Positions 37,386-47,238 of a stretch of DNA of 64,000 nucleotides are shown here, in pieces. Made by a program: the position numbers and the translations under genes. This stretch comes from an uncultured Candidatus Actinomarina sp. (GTDB taxonomy: Bacteria; Actinomycetota; Acidimicrobiia; Actinomarinales; Actinomarinaceae), in assembly GCA_902599555.1 (NCBI GenBank), contig CACKFQ010000003.1:64607-128606 (forward strand), read 5' to 3'. Numbering within the stretch: the stretch's first letter is position 1; each line of letters opens with the position of its first letter. The notes under the pieces are model-generated. The model ran no database searches. It was not told the DNA's origin and saw nothing but the letters and a program-made list of their open reading frames with translations.

Positions 37386-38745
37386 CCTTAATTAACAAGC
37401 CTATTTCCTTTAATTTATCTCTCATAAGATCGGCCTGATCAAAATTCTTATCACTTCTGTGTTTTTCTCTTTTTGTAAGAAATTCTTCCATTGCTTGATC
37501 TAAATTGTCATAATTTATTTGAAATGTATTGAAAAATTTGGAAAGTTCATCGTGATTTATTTTTATATTATCTTTGATATCAAAGTTAAAACCTAATATT
37601 TCAAATATAAATTTGATAGTTTCTTTTAAATTTTTCTCTTCATCTTCACTGAAATTGTTGAGATTGTTTATTTTTTCAAAAACTTCTCCTAAAAACTTTG
37701 GTGTATTTAAATCATCATTCATAGAATTTTTGAATGTTTCAATAATTGATAAATCTGAAGCATTAGCCTCAACACTGCTTGTAAAATCCTGTATTCTTTT
37801 AAAAGTTGTTTTTGACTCTTCTAATAAGCCTTCGGAAAACTCTTGTGGCTTTCGATAGTGTGATCTTAAAAAGAAAAACCTGATAACGTTTCCACCAAAC
37901 TTATCTATATATTCATTTAATAGTTTTATATTGCCTTCAGATTTAGACATTTTCTGTCCTGAAAGGTTAATCATGCCATTATGTAACCAGTATTTCACAA
38001 ATTCTTGATTTTCAAATGCAGCAGAAGATTGTGCAAGTTCATTTTCGTTATGAGGAAAAATTAAATCATTACCACCGCAATGAATATCAATACCTGAATC
38101 GAAAATTTTATCTATCATCGCAGAGCATTCAATGTGCCACCCAGGTCTCCCATTCCCCCAAGGTGAATCCCATGATGGTTCATTTTCTTTTGAAATCTTC
38201 CATAGTGCAAAATCTTCAGTATTTTTTTTATCAGACTCTAGGTCAACTCTAATACCAGAAATTACTTCATCTTTCTTTCTACCTGATAGTTTCAAATAAT
38301 CTTCATACTTAGCGACTTCAAAATAAACACCTGATTGTGTTGCATATGCATATCCATTTGCAATTAGAACCTCAATTAAATTTATTATATGATCTATCGT
38401 TTCAGTAGCCTTAGGTTCATAATCTGGTGGTAAACAATTCAGGCTTGTATAGGCATCTTGAAATTCTTTTGTAACTCGTTCAGCTAATTCCTTAGTAGTG
38501 ATTCCTTCTTCTACTGCCCTTTCAATTATTTTGTCTTCAATATCGGTTATATTTCTAACAAAATTAACTTCATATTCTAAATAAACCAAATATCTAATTA
38601 AAAAATCAAAAACTACAGCAGACCGTCCATGTCCAATGTGTGGTGAAGATTGTACTGTTGGGCCACAAAGGTAAATTTTTACAATATCTGAATTTGGTTT
38701 AAACTCTTCAGCAGTATTGGAGTATGTATTATGTAGCTTAAGCAT
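37348..38745 (-). CDS. cysS: cysteine--tRNA ligase
   Basis: Class I motifs HIGHGRS and KMSKSEGN; GWHIECS zinc/cysteine-binding motif. Confidence 0.95.
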   Translation of the reverse strand: MLKLHNTYSNTAEEFKPNSDIVKIYLCGPTVQSSPHIGHGRSAVVFDFLIRYLVYLEYEVNFVRNITDIEDKIIERAVEEGITTKELAERVTKEFQDAYTSLNCLPPDYEPKATETIDHIINLIEVLIANGYAYATQSGVYFEVAKYEDYLKLSGRKKDEVISGIRVDLESDKKNTEDFALWKISKENEPSWDSPWGNGRPGWHIECSAMIDKIFDSGIDIHCGGNDLIFPHNENELAQSSAAFENQEFVKYWLHNGMINLSGQKMSKSEGNIKLLNEYIDKFGGNVIRFFFLRSHYRKPQEFSEGLLEESKTTFKRIQDFTSSVEANASDLSIIETFKNSMNDDLNTPKFLGEVFEKINNLNNFSEDEEKNLKETIKFIFEILGFNFDIKDNIKINHDELSKFFNTFQINYDNLDQAMEEFLTKREKHRSDKNFDQADLMRDKLKEIGLLIKDGDDSAWYWENS

Positions 38746-39208
38746 CTCTCACCGAAACTAATGCAATACAAGCTGATGCTTGACCATCTCCAATCACACC
38801 CAGGTTATCAAAAGACTTACCCTTTACATTTATTAATTGTTCATCAATCCTTAGTAAATCAGCAAGATTTGAGATAATAGCCTCAGATATTTTTGAAATG
38901 TTTATAACTTGTGAAAGAACGGTTATGTCAATATTGTTTATAACTACTTTTTCATACTCAATAATTTCTAAAACTTTATTTAACATTTCCACGCTCGATA
39001 TATTTTTCGGTGTACTTTCATCAGATGGAAAATAAAAACCTAAATCCTTTTTTGCTTTAGATCCAAGCAATGCATCGCTGAGTGAGTGTAGAATTATATC
39101 TCCATCCGAATGAGCTTCAAAACCAGGTCCTGCGACCGATATCCCTCCGAGGACTAATTTTTCATCATTAGAATGTTTGTGTATATCAAAACCATTACCT
39201 ACAAGCAT
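38738..39208 (-). CDS. ispF: 2-C-methyl-D-erythritol 2,4-cyclodiphosphate synthase
   Basis: GNGFDIH (Asp/His zinc ligands), HSDGDIILHSLSDALLG, 156 aa. Confidence 0.92.
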   Translation of the reverse strand: MLVGNGFDIHKHSNDEKLVLGGISVAGPGFEAHSDGDIILHSLSDALLGSKAKKDLGFYFPSDESTPKNISSVEMLNKVLEIIEYEKVVINNIDITVLSQVINISKISEAIISNLADLLRIDEQLINVKGKSFDNLGVIGDGQASACIALVSVRDA

Positions 39209-39234
39209 TATGCCTCTTTTGATTTATATATAAA

Positions 39235-39792
39235 TTATAAACCGTCGTCAGGATCTTCTTCCGGAAGATATTGGTTAATTTTTTCTACAGCTGCTTCTTC
39301 ATCAATACTTAATGCACATGCTATTTCACTTGCTAGAGTTGTTCTTGCTTTTGCGAGCATTCTCTTAAGTGCAGGCGATATGCCCTTGTTAATTTGAGCG
39401 TGTGTAAGGTCTCTAACAACTTCAGCAACCTGTATAACATCTCCAGAAGTCATTTTTTCTGTCAAAACTTTGTACCATCTACTCCAATTAGTTCCTGCCT
39501 CTTCGGGTTTTTCTTTAAATATAGGAAACACTTTTCTTGAGACTGCATTTTTTGAGATAACAGGTCTTATAACTTCATCGACATTTTCTACTGGCACCAT
39601 TACTAGTAATCCATCTGTAAGGACTTCAATCTCAAAGTACTGTCTTCGTTTTGATTTTACTTCACCATTTTCATCAAAAATTTCAACATTCTTGTTAACT
39701 TTTCTAACAACTTTTGCAGCGCCATGGTGGGGATGAACTACAAATTGGTTTGGTTTATATTTATCAGCAGTTTTTTTTGTTTTTGTTGCCAT
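39235..39792 (-). CDS. carD: CarD-family RNA-polymerase-binding transcription regulator
   Basis: FVVHPHHGAAKVV (CarD/TRCF-RID motif) and a helical C-terminal domain. The ATG at 39792 is preferred; the track start at 39804 is a TTG. Confidence 0.88.
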   Translation of the reverse strand: MATKTKKTADKYKPNQFVVHPHHGAAKVVRKVNKNVEIFDENGEVKSKRRQYFEIEVLTDGLLVMVPVENVDEVIRPVISKNAVSRKVFPIFKEKPEEAGTNWSRWYKVLTEKMTSGDVIQVAEVVRDLTHAQINKGISPALKRMLAKARTTLASEIACALSIDEEAAVEKINQYLPEEDPDDGL

Positions 39793-39824
39793 AGATGTCA
39801 ACAATACTATATATTCAGAACTAT

Positions 39825-40883
39825 TTAATGTCCATTTATATATGAAAAACCTATGTTTTTAAGCAATGTATCGAAATAATCTCTTAATTGTTGTGCCCTA
39901 CTTCTTCCAATACCCTCAACTTCAAACAATTTTTCTGGTGAAGCAGTGAGTAGTTTTGGTAATGTTTTAAATTTTTGAATAATTTGATCATGTAGATTTT
40001 CAGGTAATCCTGGTAATCTTGCGAGAACTCTATATCCTTTTGATACTGAAATGTCATCAAGAGGTAGCTTGGACAACACGCTGCCAAGATAATCTACTGC
40101 ATTCAATTCATCATATGACAATTTACTTATCTCATTAATAGCTTTAGTGGTAGTTCTAAATTTTCTTACTGGAAGATGGTCTTTCAAAACAAGATTTAAT
40201 GTATTTAGAACACCTGATTCTAAAGAATCTATTTGAATCATGATCAATCCTGCATCCTCACCAAGCTTAAGTGCTTCAGCTTTGACTTGGTTAGCAAGCC
40301 GAGTAAGAAGTTCTCCTCTTTGAATGACTTCTAAAACTTCTTGATTTGTTAATGTGTTTTCAATCTCAAGCTCTCCTAAATTTGTTACAGCGTCGTCAAA
40401 CCTTCTTCTCATCCTGTCAACTGATTGCAAAGATTCATTAACTCTTCCTAGTATTGCTGATGACTCCTCCAACTCTATGGTCTGAAGGTTTTCAAATACT
40501 TTAATTAAAGATGTTTCTTCAGATACAGCTATAACTGTCAAACCAGTAGAAGCTGAAGTTCGTTCTGCAGTTCTGTGCCTTGTTCCGGTTTGTGTGGTAG
40601 AAATTGAGTCACTTGGATTTAAATGAACATTCGCTTTTAAAATTTTTGTAACACTCTCATTTACAACAATAGCGCCATCCATTTTTGATAATTCCGAAAG
40701 CATCTCAGGTGAAAATTCACAATCATTTAAAGTTAGTCCGCCTGAAGAAATTTTTTCTAGTTTTGTTGTTGAGCCTATAACAATTAGTGCTCCAGCTTTT
40801 TTGTCAGCAATCAAATCTACACCAACCCTTAAAGGTTCGCCTGGCAATAACTGACTTGTGCTATTACTATTGCTTAAGTTCAT
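39825..40883 (-). CDS. disA: DNA integrity scanning protein DisA (diadenylate cyclase)
   Basis: DAC-domain motifs GALIVIG, DGAIVV, GTRHRTAERTS; C-terminal HhH (EVEGIGRSRAQQL). Confidence 0.93.
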   Translation of the reverse strand: MNLSNSNSTSQLLPGEPLRVGVDLIADKKAGALIVIGSTTKLEKISSGGLTLNDCEFSPEMLSELSKMDGAIVVNESVTKILKANVHLNPSDSISTTQTGTRHRTAERTSASTGLTVIAVSEETSLIKVFENLQTIELEESSAILGRVNESLQSVDRMRRRFDDAVTNLGELEIENTLTNQEVLEVIQRGELLTRLANQVKAEALKLGEDAGLIMIQIDSLESGVLNTLNLVLKDHLPVRKFRTTTKAINEISKLSYDELNAVDYLGSVLSKLPLDDISVSKGYRVLARLPGLPENLHDQIIQKFKTLPKLLTASPEKLFEVEGIGRSRAQQLRDYFDTLLKNIGFSYINGH

Positions 40884-40962
40884 AATCCTCTCTATTATTT
40901 GAACAATATTGTTATTTGAATGTTACTGTATTATTTAATTATAAGTAATTAGTTTATAGTTT

Positions 40963-41790
40963 ATGAAAAAATTTGAATGTAAGAGTGGTGCTGCTAATTG
41001 TCCTGCTGCTGATGATCCTTCTATGGAGTTCTGTACAAGCTGTGGTGAGTGGCTTGGTTTAAGTCTTCAAGACATAGAAAATTCAGATGCTAAAACAGAA
41101 CCTGAAGTTACTCGAAGAGTTAGACCTCCTGAAGAGTTGTTGTCACAACCACTCTCGAATTATGGGGCAACTTCTTTACCAACAAGAAATGAAGTTCCTG
41201 GTATAAGAGCTGTTTTTTTTCTAGCTATAATCATCCCATTAATTGCTGCGGCTAGTTACTACTACAACCAAAATATCGCAGAGGAAGTTATTGAAGAAAT
41301 TCAAGTTATAGAACAGTCAACAACAACAAGTACTTCAACTACAGTACAGAGCTTACTTCAGCTTCAATATCCATTTAGCTGTTCATCTTCAAGTAGTCTT
41401 GGGGAAGGATGGTCTTGCGAAAAAATATATGATGATGAACCTTCTTCGTGGCAAGATAACGGCTTAGAATGTGCAGATGCAACGTTAGAGTTTACTTTCT
41501 CTAAAGATATTTATTTTCAATTTTTGACTTATGAAAACATAGAAGATTCAAAGTCTTTTAAAAGAAACTTTAAACCAAGAGATATATTAATAACATCAGA
41601 AGAAGAGGGGTTCTCAATAGAATATGAGCTTGAAAATCAAAACACGAGCTCACAATGGATCGATTTAAATACATCATCATCTGTAATTACAATACAAATT
41701 TTAAGTGCATATCCTGGGGAAGAGGTTAATGGTGCAGAACCATTTCTCGAATGTTCTATTCAGGAAATTACTTTTTATGGACGGGGATAA
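40963..41790 (+). CDS. zinc-ribbon / single-TM / extracytoplasmic beta-domain protein, function unknown
   Basis: N-terminal C..(n)..CTSCGEW zinc-ribbon-like Cys pairs, TM AVFFLAIIIPLIAAASYYY, a Thr/Ser linker, and a Cys-containing ~150-aa C-terminal domain ending ECSIQEITFYG (discoidin-like feel, unverified). Confidence 0.55.
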   Translation: MKKFECKSGAANCPAADDPSMEFCTSCGEWLGLSLQDIENSDAKTEPEVTRRVRPPEELLSQPLSNYGATSLPTRNEVPGIRAVFFLAIIIPLIAAASYYYNQNIAEEVIEEIQVIEQSTTTSTSTTVQSLLQLQYPFSCSSSSSLGEGWSCEKIYDDEPSSWQDNGLECADATLEFTFSKDIYFQFLTYENIEDSKSFKRNFKPRDILITSEEEGFSIEYELENQNTSSQWIDLNTSSSVITIQILSAYPGEEVNGAEPFLECSIQEITFYGRG

Positions 41791-41791
41791 G

Positions 41792-42946
41792 ATGAATATC
41801 AATTCTCTCAAGTCTCAATTTTCAAAATATAAAAAAGACTTGTTAGATCTTAATAAATACATGTATGAAAATCCTGAATTAGGATATCAAGAGATTAAGT
41901 CTGTAAATAAAATTACTAAACTTATCAAAAAGCATACAGCAGATGCAAAATTTAAAAAGTTTACTGATATTCCTACTGCTTTTACTGCTTCAATCAATAA
42001 TAAGCCCAGAAGAGAAAATATTGCTATATGTATAGAATATGATGCATTACCGAATGTTGGACATGCTTGTGGACATAACCTAATATCATCCATTGGATTA
42101 GGTGCATTTTTTATCCTTTCAAATTATATAAACGATATAGATTACGAAATAAAGTTAGTAGGCTGTCCTGCTGAAGAAATCATTCCATTGACCTATGAAA
42201 ATGGTGGTGGTGGTGGAAAAATAAAACTTTTAGACCAAGGTACCTTTGATAACACTGCATATTCTGTAATGATCCATCCGGCTACAAGAAATGAGGTAGA
42301 TCCTTTAATGATTGCAGTAAAACAAATTGATATAGAATATTTTGGTAAAGCTGCGCATGCGTCTGGTTCAGCATATGTTGGAAAAAATGCATTGGATGCT
42401 CAAATCCTTGCATACAACAACATCAGTGCTTTAAGACAGCAGCTACAATCTGTAGAAAAAGTTCATGGAATAATTACTCATGGTGGTGAGTCACCCAATA
42501 TTATTCCAGATTACACAAGATCAAGTTGGATGATTCGTGCTCAAAAAACAAAAGACTTAAATAGATTAGAAAAGAAAATTATAAATTGTTTCAAAGGAGC
42601 TGCAGAGTCTACAGGTTGCAAGTTAAACATTGTTGAAGGTAATGGGACTTATGAAAATTTAGTCACAGACAAAAAATTAAAGTCAATATTTATGGAAAAT
42701 TCAAAAAAACTTTCTTTAGATATGAAAACCAATGAAAGTTATGATCAAAGTAAAAACGGATCTACAGATTTTGGAAATATTTCAAAACAAGTTCCTTCAT
42801 TACACGCATTTCTTCAAATTGTTGATGATGATGGAAAGATTGTAAACCATCAACCTGAATTTGCTCATGCAACAGTTACTAAAAGAGCTACTGATATGAT
42901 TGAAACTGGTAGTGTTCTTTTAGCTTCTACTATTTTAGATTTGTAA
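41792..42946 (+). CDS. M20-family metallohydrolase/amidohydrolase (AbgB/PM20D2-like)
   Basis: GHACGHNLIS metal-ligand motif, AEE, HPATRNE, HGGESPNIIPD. The ATG at 41792 (GGGGA SD, 1 nt after the upstream stop) is preferred over the track start at 41705. Confidence 0.8.
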   Translation: MNINSLKSQFSKYKKDLLDLNKYMYENPELGYQEIKSVNKITKLIKKHTADAKFKKFTDIPTAFTASINNKPRRENIAICIEYDALPNVGHACGHNLISSIGLGAFFILSNYINDIDYEIKLVGCPAEEIIPLTYENGGGGGKIKLLDQGTFDNTAYSVMIHPATRNEVDPLMIAVKQIDIEYFGKAAHASGSAYVGKNALDAQILAYNNISALRQQLQSVEKVHGIITHGGESPNIIPDYTRSSWMIRAQKTKDLNRLEKKIINCFKGAAESTGCKLNIVEGNGTYENLVTDKKLKSIFMENSKKLSLDMKTNESYDQSKNGSTDFGNISKQVPSLHAFLQIVDDDGKIVNHQPEFAHATVTKRATDMIETGSVLLASTILDL

Positions 42947-43923
42947 ATCTTGCATCAATAGCATTCCTTACAAGTTGACTGTGTAAATTTCCATCTAACT
43001 CTAAATAATTTTCAGCTTTTTTAAATTCCTCGGAAATCTTTGTTTTTGCCATTAATCTATTATCTGAATTTAGCGTTACCTTAAACCCAGATTTCAATAG
43101 CTTTATGGCTGGGTGGTTTTCAATAGTTACTGAACTTGCACCTGATTTTACATTTGAAGAAATACATATTTCTAATGGAATCTGCTTATCCAAAACATAT
43201 TGGGCTATTTTGGAATTTGGAATAAAAGTGTCATTTTTGTATTGACAACCATCAATAATTTGCCAACCATGCCCTATTCTTTGTGCTTGACAATTAAAAA
43301 CGGCGTCTTCTATATAGGACAAGTCAGCTGCTTCTCCTGCGTGTATAGTTAAACCTACTTCAGATTCTGAAATTAAATTACAAGCTTCTTTGTGAAGTGA
43401 GGGAGGAAAATTATACTCTGGACCTGCAAGGTCAAATCCAATAACTTTGTTATTAAAATTTTTTATAGCCAATTCTGCAACTTCAGACGAGTTTTTATGT
43501 TGTCTCATTGCACATAAGATTGTATAAAATTCTCCACCAAAGTCTTTTTGCCCATCTTTAATACCTGTTGAAACTGCATCAACTACCTCCTGAGAAGATA
43601 GTTTTTCTTGTAAGTGTTGTAAAGGAGCATATCTCAACTCACCATACACAACCCCATCTTCTACTAAGTCCTCAACTGCTTCATATGCAACCCTTCGAAT
43701 TGAATCCGCATCTTGCATAACAGAAATTGTCATCTCAAATTTTTTGAATACTTGTTTTTTATCAGTTGAGATATTTTCAAAAAACCAATTTTCTAATTCT
43801 TGTTCGTCTGAAGAAGGAACAGTCAAGTTTTTAGTTTTAGCAATATCTATAATGGTTTTTGCTCTTAGCCCTCCATCAAGATGTTCGTGTAAAGCTGAAA
43901 ATTCTTTTATGAGAAATCTCCAT
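42930..43923 (-). CDS. add: adenosine deaminase, N-terminus disrupted by a 1-nt frame offset in an A4 run (sequencing error, pseudogene or non-canonical start)
   Basis: Core motifs TIHAGEAAD, RIGHG, TLNSDNRLM. The conserved LHEHLDGGLR (HxH metal site) continues in frame upstream of the track start (TTG 43826) up to 43922, but with no ATG/GTG/TTG. The only ATG (43923) is in the +1 frame. Removing one A of AAAA (43905-43908) restores MEISHKEFSALHEHLDGG... Confidence 0.8.
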
Positions 43924-45226
43924 TATCTATTTTCTTATCAAATCCTGTTTTAGTAAATAATTTATTAAGTGCTTCTAAGCCTTCTTCAAAAACTTTTTGT
44001 TCATCGATTAGTTGAAATTTTGAATCCTTTAATATACATTGTCCGTCTATAAATACATCCTTTATTTCATTAGATGATGCGCACATTACAATATTATTTA
44101 CTACATCATGAAGCGGTTGCATTCTAGGAGAATTAGCTGAAATTGTTATAAAATCTGCTTTTTGATTTTTTGATAAATTTCCTGAAAAGTTACCACCAGA
44201 GATCCTTTTTATGTTTTCCTCAGAAGCTTTTCTAAATATTTCTTTTGGTTTAATGAAATCTTTTTTGGCTACGGAATTATTTAAGACTAATGCAGTCCTC
44301 ATTTCGTCTAACATGTCATAATCATCGTTACCCCCAGAACAATCTGTGCCTATTCCCCAGTCAACATTCAATTCTGACAAAAAATTAGTATTCATCGGCT
44401 TTCCAGCTATTCCGTGAGTTGTTGGGCAAAATATTGGAAATGCTTTTGACTCTGCAAGTAACTCCAAATCTCCATCCTCTACAACATTGCAATGAGCAGC
44501 TATTACTTTTTCATTCAATATTCCGAGGTTAAATGCGTGTTTAATTGGGGAAGTATCATAGTTAGATTTAATATAGTCCATCTCTTTTTGAGTTTGAGCT
44601 AGGTGTATATGTGTTAATAAATTATTTTCTAACGCATAATTGCTTAATTCTTTAAGTTCTTTTGGGCTTACTGTTGAAGTTTCATGTGGTGCAACAATTG
44701 GATGAACTGTACTATGATTTTTCCAATTATTATTAAAGGACTTTGCTAGTTTAATTTGTTCTTTACCAGTCCATGGACCATACTCAGTCATAATTGTGTG
44801 CCCAATAAACCCTCTTATTCCAATATATTCACACGCTTTTGCAACTGAATCAGCAAAAAAATAATGATCATTAATTGACGTTGTGCCAGATGATATAGCA
44901 TCCATCATGCCTAATAAAGAAAGCTTGTAAACTAAATCTTCATCTAGAGCTGGTTCAATCCCCCACATCACATCATACAGTGCGCTTGCGTTTCCATAAC
45001 CAAGTCCTTTTACAGAATTTAAAGCAACATGTGAGTGTGCATTTGTAAAACCTGGTGAGATTATTACATCTCCTAATTCGTTAATTTTACTTAAGTCTTT
45101 AGTTATTGTTTCTATCGGTACTATATTCTCTATGTATTTTCCATTAACAATTAAAACAGAATTTTTATGAACAGTTTTGTAATCTTCAACTATGTATCGA
45201 GCTGAGAAATATTCTTTACTTATCAA
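43907..45226 (-). CDS. amidohydrolase-superfamily nucleobase/nucleoside deaminase (MtaD/guanine-deaminase/SsnA-like)
   Basis: ISPGFTNAHSHVAL (HxH), HLAQTQKE (HxxE), GTDCSGGNDDYDMLDEM (Asp ligand region). Confidence 0.8.
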   Translation of the reverse strand: MISKEYFSARYIVEDYKTVHKNSVLIVNGKYIENIVPIETITKDLSKINELGDVIISPGFTNAHSHVALNSVKGLGYGNASALYDVMWGIEPALDEDLVYKLSLLGMMDAISSGTTSINDHYFFADSVAKACEYIGIRGFIGHTIMTEYGPWTGKEQIKLAKSFNNNWKNHSTVHPIVAPHETSTVSPKELKELSNYALENNLLTHIHLAQTQKEMDYIKSNYDTSPIKHAFNLGILNEKVIAAHCNVVEDGDLELLAESKAFPIFCPTTHGIAGKPMNTNFLSELNVDWGIGTDCSGGNDDYDMLDEMRTALVLNNSVAKKDFIKPKEIFRKASEENIKRISGGNFSGNLSKNQKADFITISANSPRMQPLHDVVNNIVMCASSNEIKDVFIDGQCILKDSKFQLIDEQKVFEEGLEALNKLFTKTGFDKKIDNGDFS

Positions 45227-46153
45227 TTATTGTTCAGGAATAGGGACAGGTCTTACCCTTATTCTTTGTCTTATGCCAATAAGTATTAACACAACAACTG
45301 TTAGAGCATAAGGGACCATTAAGATTAGTCTTGAGTCTAATTCATATACACCTTGAAGTCTTATACCGATTGCGTCTCCTAAACCAAAAAATAAACTAGC
45401 ACCAAATGTACCAATTGGAGTGTTGTTACCAAATGAAGAAGCAACAAGTCCTATATAGCCTTTTCCAGCTGACATTCCCTCTGTAAAAAGAGTCATGTTT
45501 TCTAGTGAAAGAAAAGTACCACCTATACCTGCTAAAACTCCTGAAAAAATAACAGTTAACCATTTCATTCTTAAAGTATTAATTCCAGCATCTTCTGCAG
45601 CCTCAGGATTTTCACCAGTAGCTCTAATAGCTGTTCCCAATCTTGTCTTGTAATAAACCAAATATAAAACAATAGCTAGAAAAAAAACAAGGTAAATTGA
45701 AGGTGTATATCCTGAAAGAATTTTTTCAAAACGAGTATCTACAAGAAATTCGAAATTTATTGGATCAATGCCTTGAATGGAAGGGTCAGAAAAAAAACCT
45801 CTACGTTTAAATAATGTTTCTAATAAATATCTTGTACCAGCAATAGAAAAAATGTTGATCGCTAAACCTACTAAAACTTCATCTGCACCTAAATTGAAAC
45901 TCAAAACACCAAATAAAATTGCAGTAAGCACTCCAGCAGATACTCCCCAAATAAAACCAGTTAGGGCACTTCCTGAATAGTAGCTTGCTGCGATTCCAAC
46001 AAATGCTGCGTTGAGCATTTTACCCTCTAAACCAATATTCAAAACACCAGAAGCAGAGCACATTGCTGCACCAAACCCAATTAAGGCAATTGGAGTTGCA
46101 CTACGAATTAAGCTCCTAAAAAGAGAGATATCAAATATTTCAAGCCATTCCAT
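45227..46153 (-). CDS. nucleoside (BMP-type) ABC transporter permease
   Basis: 308 aa, about 9 TM segments, follows a paralogous permease and a double ATPase, as in RnsD/NupQ-type systems. Confidence 0.8.
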   Translation of the reverse strand: MEWLEIFDISLFRSLIRSATPIALIGFGAAMCSASGVLNIGLEGKMLNAAFVGIAASYYSGSALTGFIWGVSAGVLTAILFGVLSFNLGADEVLVGLAINIFSIAGTRYLLETLFKRRGFFSDPSIQGIDPINFEFLVDTRFEKILSGYTPSIYLVFFLAIVLYLVYYKTRLGTAIRATGENPEAAEDAGINTLRMKWLTVIFSGVLAGIGGTFLSLENMTLFTEGMSAGKGYIGLVASSFGNNTPIGTFGASLFFGLGDAIGIRLQGVYELDSRLILMVPYALTVVVLILIGIRQRIRVRPVPIPEQ

Positions 46154-47236
46154 TTATTTAATCTTTCTAGTAAAAAAAGCGTCTAGTTTTCTAACGAATT
46201 TAAATCTTTCCAGTGAAGATACAAGCTTTTGTGCGCTAACAAAAAATATTAAAATTGAGAGGAGAATTACAACTATTTCTCGAGAAACTTCAGTTTTATA
46301 ATCAACAAATAAACCTCCGTTTCTTAGAGCACTCCAAAATAAAGAAGCAATTAAACCGCCGATTGGTTCTAATTTACCTACAATTGCAATAAGAATTCCA
46401 TCAAACCCTTGGTTAAAAAGAAGTTCTTGGTAAAAATATCTAGCATTTCCAAGAATTTCGATACCACCAGCAAGTCCCCCTAGTCCTCCAGAAATTAACA
46501 TTCCTGTTATTGCGGATCTATCTGAAGGTATTCCAAGGTATGAACTATATCTAGATGGATAAAACCCGACAAGACCATCGCCGCCAGATCTTAATTCGTA
46601 ACCAAATGTTGTTTTTTTAAGAATAAAATATGTTAAAAAAGCAATAATTACCGCAATGAAAAAACCAGAGTTAAATTGTGAGTTTGGAAAATATTGTTTT
46701 AATTCAGCAGTTTCTAATATTCTTGGAGTCGCAGGTGCTATAGGGTCTGCTCTAAATGGTCCATTTGCCATATAGGAAACAAACAATACAGCAACGAAAT
46801 TAAGAATAATTGTTGAAATTATCTCACTTACACCCGCATAAACTTTTAATAAAGCTGGTAGCAACATCCACAAACTTCCAGTAATAACAGCAATGGCTAT
46901 ACATAAAGATACATGGGGAATATGGCCCAAGGATGTAAATTTATATCCTGCCCATGCAGCATATAAACCCCCGATATACATTGATCCATTTATTCCAATA
47001 TTAAACATACCAACTCTGAAAGAAACCACAGTAGCAATTGACGTTAGAATATATGGAGTCGCAATATTTAAAGTATTCAAAATATTTCTCTGTCCAACAA
47101 CAGCGCCTTCAAAAAATAATTTTCCAATTTCTCTAGGAACAAAACCAGTAACAGTTAATAAAACCCAAGCAATACCAATAGTTATTATTGTTCCTGCAAA
47201 AAGAATGAGTACATCTTTAAATGAAAATTTTTCCAT
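46154..47236 (-). CDS. nucleoside (BMP-type) ABC transporter permease
   Basis: 360 aa, about 10 TM segments, RnsC/NupP-like position. Confidence 0.8.
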   Translation of the reverse strand: MEKFSFKDVLILFAGTIITIGIAWVLLTVTGFVPREIGKLFFEGAVVGQRNILNTLNIATPYILTSIATVVSFRVGMFNIGINGSMYIGGLYAAWAGYKFTSLGHIPHVSLCIAIAVITGSLWMLLPALLKVYAGVSEIISTIILNFVAVLFVSYMANGPFRADPIAPATPRILETAELKQYFPNSQFNSGFFIAVIIAFLTYFILKKTTFGYELRSGGDGLVGFYPSRYSSYLGIPSDRSAITGMLISGGLGGLAGGIEILGNARYFYQELLFNQGFDGILIAIVGKLEPIGGLIASLFWSALRNGGLFVDYKTEVSREIVVILLSILIFFVSAQKLVSSLERFKFVRKLDAFFTRKIK

Positions 47237-47238
47237 TA

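Noticed and set aside
40707-40722. TTGTGAA-TT-TTCACC inside disA (minus strand).
   Set aside because: Wrong spacer length (2-3 instead of 4), an imperfect right half, and a location deep inside the coding sequence (codons for DCEFSP).
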